64,000 nt of DNA. Source: Callorhinchus milii (lineage: Eukaryota). Below, piece by piece: positions 53,160 to 64,000 of the stretch. A program made the translations under genes and the position numbers. The stretch is from contig NW_024704743.1 of NCBI RefSeq assembly GCF_018977255.1, positions 61,816,001 through 61,880,000 of the forward strand, written 5' to 3'. The notes below the pieces were generated by a model. The model was not told where the DNA came from and ran no database searches. It saw only the letters and a program-made list of their open reading frames with translations. Position 1 is the stretch's first letter. Every line of letters starts with the position of its first letter.

Positions 53160-53640
53160 ACATTATAGAAGGAACATCACTGCTATGGAGAGAGTTCAGT
53201 GGAAGTTCACTGGGATGATACTAGAAATGCGATCATGCATAATTATGTAGAGTTGAATTATATGAAACGTTGGGAGTTCTTTTCAGTGGGTCAGAAAAGA
53301 TTAAAGGCGCATCTAATAGAAGTTTTCTAATACAATTAATTATTTTAATAAGGATTAATCAAAATCTATTTCTCCTGTAAATCAATAAAAAGGCATAAAT
53401 TGAGGATTATCTCTAGAAGAAAATAGTGCATTGTGTTGCCACAAAGTTAGAGTTACTGAGTCCTTAACAACGTGTAAACGAAAATTGGATAAATGCTTGG
53501 AAAAAATATCAAAGGATACGGGGGACAAAGCAGGGGAATAAAATTAAAGTAAGTTGATATCTCTAGTGAGGGAAATGGCATCAATACAGACACAAGGAGC
53601 CAAATGCCCTCCCACCCTGCGCTGTAAATCTTCTACGATT
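53160..53640 (+). mobile_element. Degraded CR1 3' fragment
   Basis: GGAGAGAGTTCAGTGGAAGTTCACTGGGATGATAC and a CR1-like 3'UTR. Confidence 0.6.
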
Positions 53641-53652
53641 CTATATATTTAC

Positions 53653-53784
53653 CATTCCAAAGAATCCTGCTTGATCCTGAGGTACATGGATATCTGGGTA
53701 AACATTCTCCAAGAACCACCTGAAACTTTTACACTGTAGCTTCTTTCGTAGATCTAATCGATCTGTCACATCACCATAAGGTTC
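53653..53784 (-). CDS. galnt12: GALNT12 copy B exon 7
   Basis: [44 protein letters not shown]; 132 nt; AG/GT. Confidence 0.94.
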
Positions 53785-54634
53785 CTGCAATCAGACATTA
53801 TGCAAAAGTGAAAATAATAGAAGAGACTTTGAAGAGGGTATATAGTAGAATACAATTTTTTTCTGCTAGTGCACTGCACAGGATCACAGGTGGTTTGGAT
53901 GAAAAAGGACCTTTGGTTCATTTATCTCACCCTTTCAGAAACTCACCATATTATCTTCCCATTACAACATCAAGCTGTTTCTTGAATGATTCCCAGAGCC
54001 TCTCCCACCTGTCCTGGTAACTGTTCTAGCAGTTGATTTTTCTTCAATAAAGAAATATTTCCTGATGTCTGTCCAAGACTTGCTAATCATAAGCGTTCTT
54101 TGAAATTGACTAACATTTCCCTGGATCCCTTGTAAACCCGCAAACATTCTGCTTCAGAGGCAATATAACTAAAATACTAAATAACTCAAATTTCTTCTGG
54201 TTTTCTGTCCTAATAGATTTGCCTCCATTTTGCTCTGCCGGGGTACCTCTCGAGTAATACCGGTCACCTCTGGGGTTAAAGGGAGACGAGTGGGGGGATT
54301 CCCTGTCCCCAGTGACTGGTCTGCCCCTCGAAGTCCTGCCGATGAGCCTGGCTGGCTGGGCTGTCATTAGCAGTTCCTGGAATACTGCAGGCCTGACTGG
54401 CTCATGAACCAGACTACCAAGACTGCCACAGCGGGTTGGCTCAATGCTGACATTCCATTGCCAAACATTGCCAGTTCAGCTCCAAAGAGACCCCACTTAC
54501 CTGCGCCCACCCCCACAAGGAGTTGTTCATTTGACATTGGTAAAGCACAGGTTTGAACTCTCACTAGATGGTGGCAGGTACCAAGAACTCCCTGCGAGCT
54601 TCCTGGAGCTAGATGTTACAGGATAACCACTCAC

Positions 54635-54811
54635 CAAACGAGCATGTGGATTCCTGTGAAAATAGAGTTCCTTATATTCATCCATCCAAACAACTGCGGC
54701 ACGTACACTGTTTGCCAAGGCTTTGCTCCTGGAATAAGGAGCTTGTTTGGGAAAGATGTGGCCAACATGAGAACAGGGATGTATCTCCAAGGTTCCCCCG
54801 CACTGCCAAAT
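54635..54811 (-). CDS. galnt12: GALNT12 copy B exon 6
   Basis: IWQCGGTLEIHPCSHVGHIFPKQAPYSRSKALANSVRAAVVWMDEYKELYFHRNPHARL; 177 nt. Confidence 0.95.
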
Positions 54812-55140
54812 CTGTAAAACAATTTTAAAAATGTAATCAAATTTCACACTTATTTGGAAGTTTGCAATCAATAACTTATTCTCCCATTTCTCTAATCTAG
54901 ATTATGTTTTAAGAATCAAGTCAGATTTGATCATTCTTTGTGACTTTCTTTATTAATCTCCCCAAAGATAATCAAATGAGTCCGAGATTTTGCACCTTCG
55001 AAAAGGCAGCGCACAATATGCAGGCTATAGAGAGAAGCTATTTTGGATGCAGCTGGAAGAAGTCAGTGTCATCACAAAGCAAATAACCACTGGGGGTGGA
55101 TGATAAACTGAATTTAAACACTAAAAACCATGATACTTAC

Positions 55141-55258
55141 CCTGAAAGAGAATTCTAGGTTCTCGCCTCCCCACACCTCCATTCCAGTGTCATATGTGCC
55201 CAGATATTCAAAGTACTTTTTGCTGACAGCAAACAACCCTCCAGCCATGGTGGGTGAC
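55141..55258 (-). CDS. galnt12: GALNT12 copy B exon 5
   Basis: [39 protein letters not shown]; 118 nt; 3 synonymous differences from copy A. Confidence 0.95.
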
Positions 55259-55986
55259 CTGTTAAGATATATTCAATCATTTTAATGACCAACAACAGCA
55301 ATTCAATTAGATGCAGATTACTTCAAATAAATTTTATGAACTGATTTTGACAAAACTCACATTCGAGATGTCTCAAGGATGTGATAAGGCACTATATCAA
55401 ATGCAAGGATTATTATTTATCTGTTTAAAGAAATTTTAGCCAGACCTTCAAAAGAACTGCATGATTCTGAGTTTAAACGATCAAGTGGATTTAAATATTA
55501 TTTCAAGGTCAAAATGTTTAAAATGGTTTTGTACAAAGCACTGGTTAACAAAAATTAAATATGAGTTCAATATTATATTAAACACTTCTACAGCCATTTC
55601 AAAACTTCCATATATTTGGATAACATACAAAATAGTCTAATTAAAAATTATGTTCTTTGATTCCAGATGGTGAATTAATACTGAATATTTTATATAGACC
55701 ACAACCAATCATTATGAAAGGGAATTAAATACCTAATCTTAGTTTTAAAAAAATCTGAACAATAAAGTTTGGTTACAAGTGCGCTGTGGAAGGTCAGCAG
55801 CAATGCAACGCAGCTGAGGCACCAGATTGACACAACATTTTGAGCCTGTGAAACACAATTGATAGGTGGTATTAGGTGATAATTCACTTTGCAGTATATT
55901 ATAGGTGTGCCTAGATGGAACAGGTTTCACTACAAAAATGTACTTGTGCATTCCTATTCAAAGCCCTGCAACGATTTGTCGCTCAC

Positions 55987-56172
55987 CTGATAACATCAAT
56001 TGGAGATCGCCTACGTTTTTGCTCATGCTCGGGGACTACATGCCAGGTAAACACCAATCTCCAGTCAAAGCCGCCAATCTGAGGCTCTCCAGCATTTCCC
56101 AGGTACTCAAAGGTATTCCAATCAATGACGTCAATCACAGGACACACAACAGCACTTTCCTCCTCATCGATT
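55987..56172 (-). CDS. galnt12: GALNT12 copy B exon 4
   Basis: IDEEESAVVCPVIDVIDWNTFEYLGNAGEPQIGGFDWRLVFTWHVVPEHEQKRRRSPIDVIR; 186 nt. Confidence 0.95.
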
Positions 56173-56894
56173 CTGCAGAAGATTCAAATTAAGCACCAGC
56201 ACAAATTAGATATATTCTTTACATTTACAATTTAATTGAAAGGTTCTTGCTTCACTTAAGTACTCTGAAACAATACCCTGCGTGAGGAGTGCTATAAAGT
56301 GATATACAGTTACACATGTTTACATTAAATATATAGTGGTGCATTATTAGAGGCAGGCTTGCAGGCGCGTAAAAAACAATTATTCTTGTATTAGATAATG
56401 ATATGGATGTCGATGATATTTGAAATCCATAGAATCACATGATTAAACGACAAGTGACTGCATATGCACAAAAAGCCTCTCGTCAAATAAGCGATGATGT
56501 GTTTCAAAATGCATTAAAGCTCTTTAACAACTCTCCATGGTGAAAATATGATGGCACATTTTGTAGAGCAACAAAATTGCTTTCAACAGATATTTGGAGT
56601 TGCCGTATAGTTTTGGACAGGATTTTCAATTTCAATCTTGATATTTTAAAATTTCAATCTTGATATTTTTAATTTTCAAGTGGGATAATTTGGGAGTTCA
56701 TACCTCATCATATCTGAACCTGTGACATAGAGAGACAGTATTATACCAATTAATTCAACAAAGTCAACAGATTAATTGTCACTTTAAATAAAGTATTCCA
56801 ACTAATCTATTTGTAGTTTAGTTGTATTTCATCCAACATTTAATGTCATCATGGTTACTTGACATGCAAGTTCCAAACTTGAGTGTGACCCTAC

Positions 56895-57084
56895 CTTTCC
56901 AATAGTGGCTCCAGCCAGCCTATATGGCATTCACAGTGGCAGTCGAGGAATGTCAAGACATCACCTGTTGCTATAGATGCACCCAGCAATCGTGCACGAA
57001 CCAAACCTTCTCTCTTTCGTGCACGGATCAGACGTACTTTGCGAAGAGAAGCAATGTAGTCTTCTAAACGTTGTTTTAGGTGTT
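56895..57084 (-). CDS. galnt12: GALNT12 copy B exon 3 (DxH motif)
   Basis: [64 protein letters not shown]; 190 nt. Confidence 0.95.
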
Positions 57085-58009
57085 CTATTGAAACAAAAAT
57101 TGGTGGAACAGAATCCATAGACAGAATCCATAAATCTGTAGTTAAATCTAACTTATTTGCAGTAGTTAAATTTGAGTATTTACATTTATATGTAGTGCCT
57201 TTCATATTGGGAAGCATTGTGGCACTGTATTTATATTTACATTCCTTTTTCATTCTCCAAATCATTTCAACTCTTAGTACTTGAATGTTATCCCTAAAAA
57301 GCTAGAACGCACATTTACAAGACATGCTACAAGCTCTGATCCATAACAGCATACTATTACAGTTTATTGGAACCCTTGCCATACATCACAATCTTTTCTG
57401 AGATGCCCAACAGAGTCAGTACAGCTTTGAAGATTTCCTTAATGCTCCGAAAAGTATGTACCAGATGATTAAGGTTAGGTCATAGTGAAACTAGGCTCTA
57501 TGATAGGGCATTTCCAGTCTTGATTTTCACTTTGAATTATATTAATACTAATATCTTGCCAAAACATTTATGAGGTAATTTCTGCCTTTATCTGTACGTT
57601 GGGCAGAAATCAAGATAAAAGCATTCACTGTAGATTGCAACATGAAATCTGATATCCTCTCTGAAGTTTTTATAATGCACATGAAAGTAACATTGGGAAG
57701 ATAACCAACGATATTTAACAACAAACGTGTACAACATTATGTACAAAGTATAACTGAACTGTAATTGCACTCTTAAAACATTCAGCATAGCCCAAATGTA
57801 CATTATTGTGGTTTCTATATATACTGTCCTATGAGAGTTTAATACTGGACCTGAGCTGATCACAAATTACTATACTTTTTAATATTGCTGTAAGCATTAA
57901 GTAGAATGGTATGGCACTGGAACGAGACGTTCAGCCCGACTAGTCTGTGCCAGTGTTTATACTCCAAACAAGTGAGTTCCACATTTTCACCACGTTCTAA
58001 TGATAATAA

Positions 58010-58315
58010 TAAATAATAATCATCCTTGCATTTGATATAACGCTTTTCACGTCTTCTAGACATCTCAAAGAGCTTCACAGAAAGACTGTAAGGTGAATTA
58101 TCTGTATATTTGTGGGTGAAACACGGCAGCCAATAGCGCACAGCAGTGTCCTACAAACAGTCGTTGATTGAAGGGATCAATTTATTATTTTTTTTCTTGA
58201 GGGATTATTATCAGGAGTAAGGAAACTTGGCCAAAATTTCACCCTGTCAGGAATCAAACCAGGTCTCTCACTTGCGAGGCAAGTGCTCTAACCACTGAGC
58301 TACAGGACTCCACTG
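58010..58315 (-). mobile_element. SINE family 2 copy with internal deletion
   Basis: Reverse complement CAGTGGAGTCCTGTAGCTCAGTGGTTAGAGCACTTGCCTCGCAAGTGAG... ending AAATGCAAGGATGATTATT. Confidence 0.78.
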
Positions 58316-60689
58316 TGTGAAGAGATTATTGAAACAGGACTCCACTGTATGAATAGATTATTGAAACAGCTTTTCATTAGTAGACTACAGAAGAACAAAA
58401 ATTACCCAAGTGTAAAGAATTGCGAAGAATGTATTAAGAAAAAGCACCACACAGATAATGTTGAATTTCACCAAATACTCTGATATATTAAACACATAAC
58501 ATCTGTCATCAGATGAGACGTTAAACTGATTCAGGTGAGTATTATACATTCCATGGCACAATTTGTAAAAAGGGAGTTTCTCCCAGTGTCTTGACCAATG
58601 AATTCCCCCAAATAAAATTGACTATGGTTGTTTGTGGGAGTTTGTTTAACATCGCTGTGTGCAAACTGCTGCTTTTCACCCACAAAATATACAATCATGT
58701 TAAGGTGTATTTTGTGAAGTGCTTTGAGACATCTCAACAACAAGATCAGGTGCTATTTCAAAGGCAAGGATTAATATTACTATAACATTATGGACCACGA
58801 CTTTAAATGTTTTCCACAAGCGTGTTTTAAACCCAATGAAGGCTAGCTCAACAAGTTTCTAAACATACCAAATAGCTGTTTCTATACCAGTTCACCACCT
58901 AATGAAGTCCTCCATTATACACTGATGCTATACAGTAATTGGGGAGATAATCGAAACAGATTGTTTTAAACTGAAGATGAAGTTATACTTTGAAATCATT
59001 ATTGGACTTAAACTCAACTGAGTAAAAGATGTGTGTCATTCCAAAAAAGGAAAAAAGCCACCATAAACACAAAGGAAGGAATTAATTGTGACAGTCTGAA
59101 AATCTGAAAGCTCTGTAGTCCCTATTGCTTTTGTTAAAATAGACCCCAAAACAATTTCTTATCACAGTAATAGTAAAACAAGAATGTGAACCAAGATATT
59201 TAAGCATAGCCCTTTAGAAGCTTTTATACCTTGGAAAACTCTTTGAAGGAGAATCAAGAGAATCCTACTCACTGATCAATGCACTGCCCACTCACTAAAC
59301 AGTTCTCTGAAAATGATTGATGGCAAAAATGGAAGAAAATCTTGTGCAAATAATCACTAGTCCAGGTTTAATGCCAGCTTCAAGGTAAAGCACAAAATAC
59401 AGCTGCTGTTCAAAATTACTTGAAATTACATGGAAACAGCTTCTCTAACTCTCTTCAATTTAAAAGACTGTAAAAAGCTTCCATAGAGGTTGATTGTTCA
59501 TCAATAACCAGTGACTGTAGAAATGGAGAACTCCTGAATCAGTCTCTGTTCAATCACCCCTGGAGAACAAAAGTGGACAAACATCTCTAGCATACTGAAG
59601 AGCAAACTACAATACAAACTGAAATAGATAGCACGACTAGCTTCCCAAATGTGTTTTGAGACATGTTCAAGGTGAGGAATCTCACTGGGAAGAAAATTAC
59701 TGCTGCTACCTTTCTCAAAAAGTGAGGAAGTCTAGAAGGACATAATGCAACTCCGTTTTATTAAAACCAACCACAGATCATCTTCAAGGAATCGATACAC
59801 AGTCAACCCCACTAAAACAAGTTTGATTACAGTACAAATTCAGTTATAATTGTGGACCCCATTCAATGTTTAGGCATGCAGCAGGCACCCTGGAGTGTGC
59901 AGCAAACAGGAAGGGACATTGGCAGTGGCCAAATGACCTCAAACTCAAGCATTTTCTTTGTTTATCTTGGGAACACATACCTACATTGAAACCAGCTGTC
60001 ACTCCTCACTAGGATATTGTGGATCTCATCAATTGTGTTACAACAAGGTTCTCCTTTATAAAACATTTCAGTGGAGACCATACCGCTACATTTCAGATTT
60101 TGTCCTTTTCCGATCAGGTACTCCACAAACATAGAGTACCAATTTGTAAATTCCATAATCTCAGACTAGTTTATAAGGATCTAAACCCATTTGAAAAAAA
60201 TTGTTCTCAGAAATTTCTAGAGAAACCTCAAGAGTTCCCATCAATTACGCGAAACACAATCCCACAATTCGGCTGAATACCGAAGTTAATTATTACACAC
60301 AATAATAATAAACTTTGTATTTGATATAGCGCCTTATCACGGACAGCAGCAGCCAAAAGGTTAGACCACCCTGGCTTATATCATTACTAGAAATTTGAAA
60401 GTCACAGAAACATCCAGTTACACAAAGTGAAGAATTGTACAGTGTTTTAACCAATGTTTTTAAACCATTCTAATCCTTAAAGACACTACGTTAATTGTTT
60501 TCCTCGGACTAAAATAAATCATCTGTTATATTCTATATAGTAAAGCAGACAATAACAAGAGACCAAAAGATCCTACAAAACTTGGTATAAAAGGTCCGCT
60601 AGTAGGGAGTCAGTGAGGTGGAGACTAATTAATGTATATTCTACTTTCTCTGGGATTTGAACACAAGTGTGAGGATCTTGAAGTGTCAT

Positions 60690-61268
60690 GCAGGCTCAAC
60701 TACGCAAACTCCCTGCTTGTCGGCCTCCCCAACTCCTCCCTCCACAGGCTGCAGATACGCCAGAACTCTGCAACCCATGTTCTCTTCCGCACTAGGCTCC
60801 GCGACCCCATCACCCCCATTCTCACCCGACTCCACTGGCTTCCCATCACACAGAGGATACACTTCAAGATCCTGGTCTTCACCTTCAAAGCCCTCCATGG
60901 GCTTGCTCCCCTCTGCCTCTGCGACCTCCTAACCCCCTACTAACCTGCCCTCTGCTCAGCAGGCTCTGACCTGCTTTGCGTCCCCTCCTCGTCCACCCCA
61001 CTATTGTCCGGGCCTTCTGCTTCTCTGCCCCCATCCTCTGCAATTCCATTCCGCAGTTCCTCCGCCTTGGCCCCTCCCTTACCACCTTCAAGACCCGTCT
61101 CAAGACCCTCCTCTTCAACCGTGCCTTCGGTCACCCTCCTTCAACCCAGGCCCTCCACCCTCCCTGATCCGGACTCCCAGCTTGGGTCTGAAAAACTGAT
61201 TATTCAGCGCCTTGGGACATTCTCCCAACATGAAAGGCACGATACAAATGTCATTTTGTTGTTGTTGT
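60690..61268 (+). mobile_element. L2 LINE 3' fragment
   Basis: RLNYANSLLVGLP...LHWLPITQRIHFKILVFTFKALHGLAP; (TTG)n tail. Confidence 0.9.
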
Positions 61269-62412
61269 TTACTATTTAAATTGAGAAACGGGGCACCCAA
61301 ATCATTTTTGTTATTTTTGGGTGGTTTAATAATAATAATCCTTGCATTTGATATAGCACTTTTCACATCTTCTCAACGTCTCAAAGCGCTTCACAGAATA
61401 TACTGTAAAGTGAATTGACTGTATATTTGTGGGTGAAATGCAGCAGCCAATTGCACACAGCAGTGCCCCACAAACAGCGGTGGATTGAAAATGACCAATT
61501 AATTATTGTGTTTTGTTTTGGAGGGATTATTATTAGGCGTGTGGAGTAAAGAAACTTGCCCAAGGTTTCACCCTGTCTGGAATTGAACCCTGGTTTGTAC
61601 TTCCCTGGGGATCAGGAGAAATGCACAAAATCATCGTGGATGGAAAGTTCAGAATTTGAAGGTACCAAATGTCGCTTTTATGTGCAACAGGATATGCAGC
61701 ACATTTCTGCTATAGATAAGAAACTATTGAAATTTTGCCCTATGCCAAGTTTGTAAGCGCTTATTATATCCGTCAACAATTGTAAGCTCTTGAAAACACT
61801 AAGCTCAGTGTTTGAAAGCAATGGGTTTGGACATTTTAAGCATCACTTTGTTATCATTGGTACTTGCAGCACAATGATCCAATTCCAGTTTGGATAAACA
61901 AACATAAGTGGGGGGATTTGACTTCCATACACAGCACAGATTGGTGACTAACTTAACATTATCAGAATAACAAAATTAACTCTAATCCAGTATGTCCCTT
62001 TAGAAAAAACCTGCCGACAGTACTAGTGCAGAATATTTCTTACAGTGTATGCAGAGTATTCAGAATGAGGTAAAAGTGAATCGTTATTGTGAAATGGTGC
62101 TAATTCCCTAGAACAAATAAAGGAGGAGAAAAATCTTTATTACAGAAATAATAGTATCTGGAAAGCTCTTTCAGAAAAAGACTAATATTTCCATATCAGT
62201 ACCACTTACACAGTCTTGACTATGTTTTAAGACAAAGAGTTGAAGAGCAAAAACAAAATACAAACGTCAAATATTACAACTGAGGCCTCAACACTTGAAA
62301 GTAAAAAATACTTGAATGAGTACTACCAATTTAACCACCGTGGAGCTGAAAATGCATTAATAAACATTTTATTAACAGAGAATTTTAATAACAAGTGACA
62401 AGTTGTACTGAC

Positions 62413-62582
62413 CTCGATCACTGTAATCATCCACTATGATGATTTCCTTCAGCAGAATATCAGGTGAAGTGTCGAGAACGCTGTGAACTGTGCGTAGAAG
62501 TGTTGACCAGGCCTCATTATAAAATGCTATTACCACTGAAGTGGTTGGAAGGTTGTTATAATCATATGTCTTCTCTTTGCAC
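62413..62582 (-). CDS. galnt12: GALNT12 copy B exon 2 (exon 1 outside window)
   Basis: Same length (170 nt) and boundaries as copy A exon 2; 5 nt differences; ...RTVHSV...[11 protein letters not shown]. Confidence 0.94.
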
Positions 62583-63498
62583 CTGGATATAACACAAAAA
62601 TTGTATTAACAAGATGCAATATAGAAGGGGAGCTGGGGTACATGCCGGAAACAAAATAACCTTGTGGACTCGAGTGGAAATAACCACCAACATAGACTGT
62701 TTCCGAGCTATACAGTCTTTGCAAATCTGTGTAAAACAGGTACAAATTCCCATAGCAATGAAGGAAAATGTATGCCATCCTGCTTTGCCCTATCCCAATT
62801 CACATTACAGTCTATTCTGTGAAGCGCTTTGAGACAGCTCGAAGACATGAAGAGCGCTATATCAAATGCAAGGGCTATTATTATTATGACAGACACCCGG
62901 ATGACCAAAACAAAAGTATGCACAAAGTGAACAAACTATAAATATTGCTCCACATAATTTAGACTGCGGTGAATAAAATCAAAATGTGTACTCCAAGATT
63001 GTAGCTATTTAAATGAATGGTAATGGAATACCTGTGATATATAAAAAGCTAAAATTCCCACTCTAACTTACTCAATGGCATTCCCCACCTATCACTTGAG
63101 TTGAATTGCATAATATGGATTTAACCCCACTTTCACAGTCGTATGACCATGAAGCGGCAATCATATTTTTACAAACACTTTCTTATTTCTTTTTAATAAG
63201 AAAAAAGAGACTATTTATATGAACAATGGATTACCTTTGTAAATATTGTACACTCATCTTAGATTAGTCCAAAAGACACGTTAGCAGCTGCACTGTTGAA
63301 TTTTCAGTTCTTGAAGGAGGGCTAAGTGGTAACTTGACACACTAAGACATTGCAGCATAAACCAAGCTTGTTGAGCTATTCTTAGTAAGGCAGAAGCCTT
63401 CGATCAGGTAGCCAGTTGATCAACTTTCTTTGTTGTTGCATCTGTTTCAGTCCATGCTTCACCTTTTAGATATACTTTTGACAGCATACCCACTTATA

Positions 63499-63610
63499 CA
63501 AGGTGACCAAAGCGTTGTGATACCTTTACAATGTCTAATAAGTCTTAAAGAAATTATGATTTTTTTTTTTTAGATAATAGGATAGATATCACAACTTTTT
63601 GGTCAACCTG
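63499..63610. mobile_element. Tc1/mariner-type MITE (112 bp)
   Basis: Imperfect 26-bp inverted repeats CAAGGTGACCAAAGCGTTGTGATACC / GATATCACAACTTTTTGGTCAACCTG, flanked by TA on both sides. Confidence 0.75.
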
Positions 63611-64000
63611 TATTTATAAATGACCCATTGAGATCACTTATGTTCTCCAGAGATGAATCTTCCACACTTATCTGTCAAACATGTAGAAAATGTTCAAGTG
63701 TATTTGCCCAATATAGATTTTCCAATGTTCACATTGGAGGCGGTTACGCTTTAACAATAATTTGTACATTCAACCCTGCAATCTTACATTACCAAATTTT
63801 GAACCAAAACCTTCTTAGCAGTACATGCATCAGCCTGATATTGTAATACAAGGTGTCTGTGTAGACTTTGCAAGAAGCCATCAAAGGATTGTGCACAAGT
63901 GATTTTTCTTTGGGCTATTCCCACTTGTTGACTCAGTTAAACTAACTTAGTATATATTGTGGGACACATATAATGCTGGGGCCCATAAAATCTCAATCAG

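Noticed and set aside
54558..54578. CTCF-like motif CTCACTAGATGGTGGCAG
   Set aside because: A single imperfect match with no counterpart seen in copy A; cannot be supported without ChIP data
58303..58369. Short tandem duplications (32 bp here; similar ones near 46829-46900 and 56625-56680) as a CRISPR-like array
   Set aside because: Only two units each with no spacers, in a eukaryotic context; ordinary slippage duplications
48403..62582. Copy B as an uncollapsed haplotype or a pseudogene
   Set aside because: Intron divergence and private TE insertions are far beyond allelic levels; there are no stops, frameshifts or broken splice sites

Overview
Vertebrate genomic DNA. The L2, CR1 and DeuSINE-type repeat content suggests a cartilaginous fish, possibly a holocephalan (inference). 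The window carries two tandem, same-strand (minus) copies of the polypeptide N-acetylgalactosaminyltransferase gene GALNT12. Copy A is complete: 10 exons over 42365->13755, a 1752-nt CDS, 583 aa, all introns GT-AG. Copy B has exons 2-10 (62582->48403); its exon 1 lies beyond the right edge. Both keep open frames and the DxH, WGGEN and VGH catalytic motifs. The most striking pattern is mosaic divergence between the copies. Exon 9 plus flanks is 100% identical over 175 nt, and exons 2-5 are about 95-97% identical. Exons 6, 7, 8 and 10 differ at 17-37% of amino acids, most strongly in the lectin alpha repeat. Introns are largely unalignable. This fits patchy gene conversion combined with functional divergence of substrate-recognition regions. 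Copy A also has an in-frame uORF with three strong ATGs, a CpG-rich promoter and a G-rich minisatellite of X-box-like palindromes. The rest is L2 and CR1 LINE fragments, two tRNA-derived SINE families, a Tc1/mariner-type MITE and a templated insertion inside a CR1. I see no prokaryote-type or wholly novel system.
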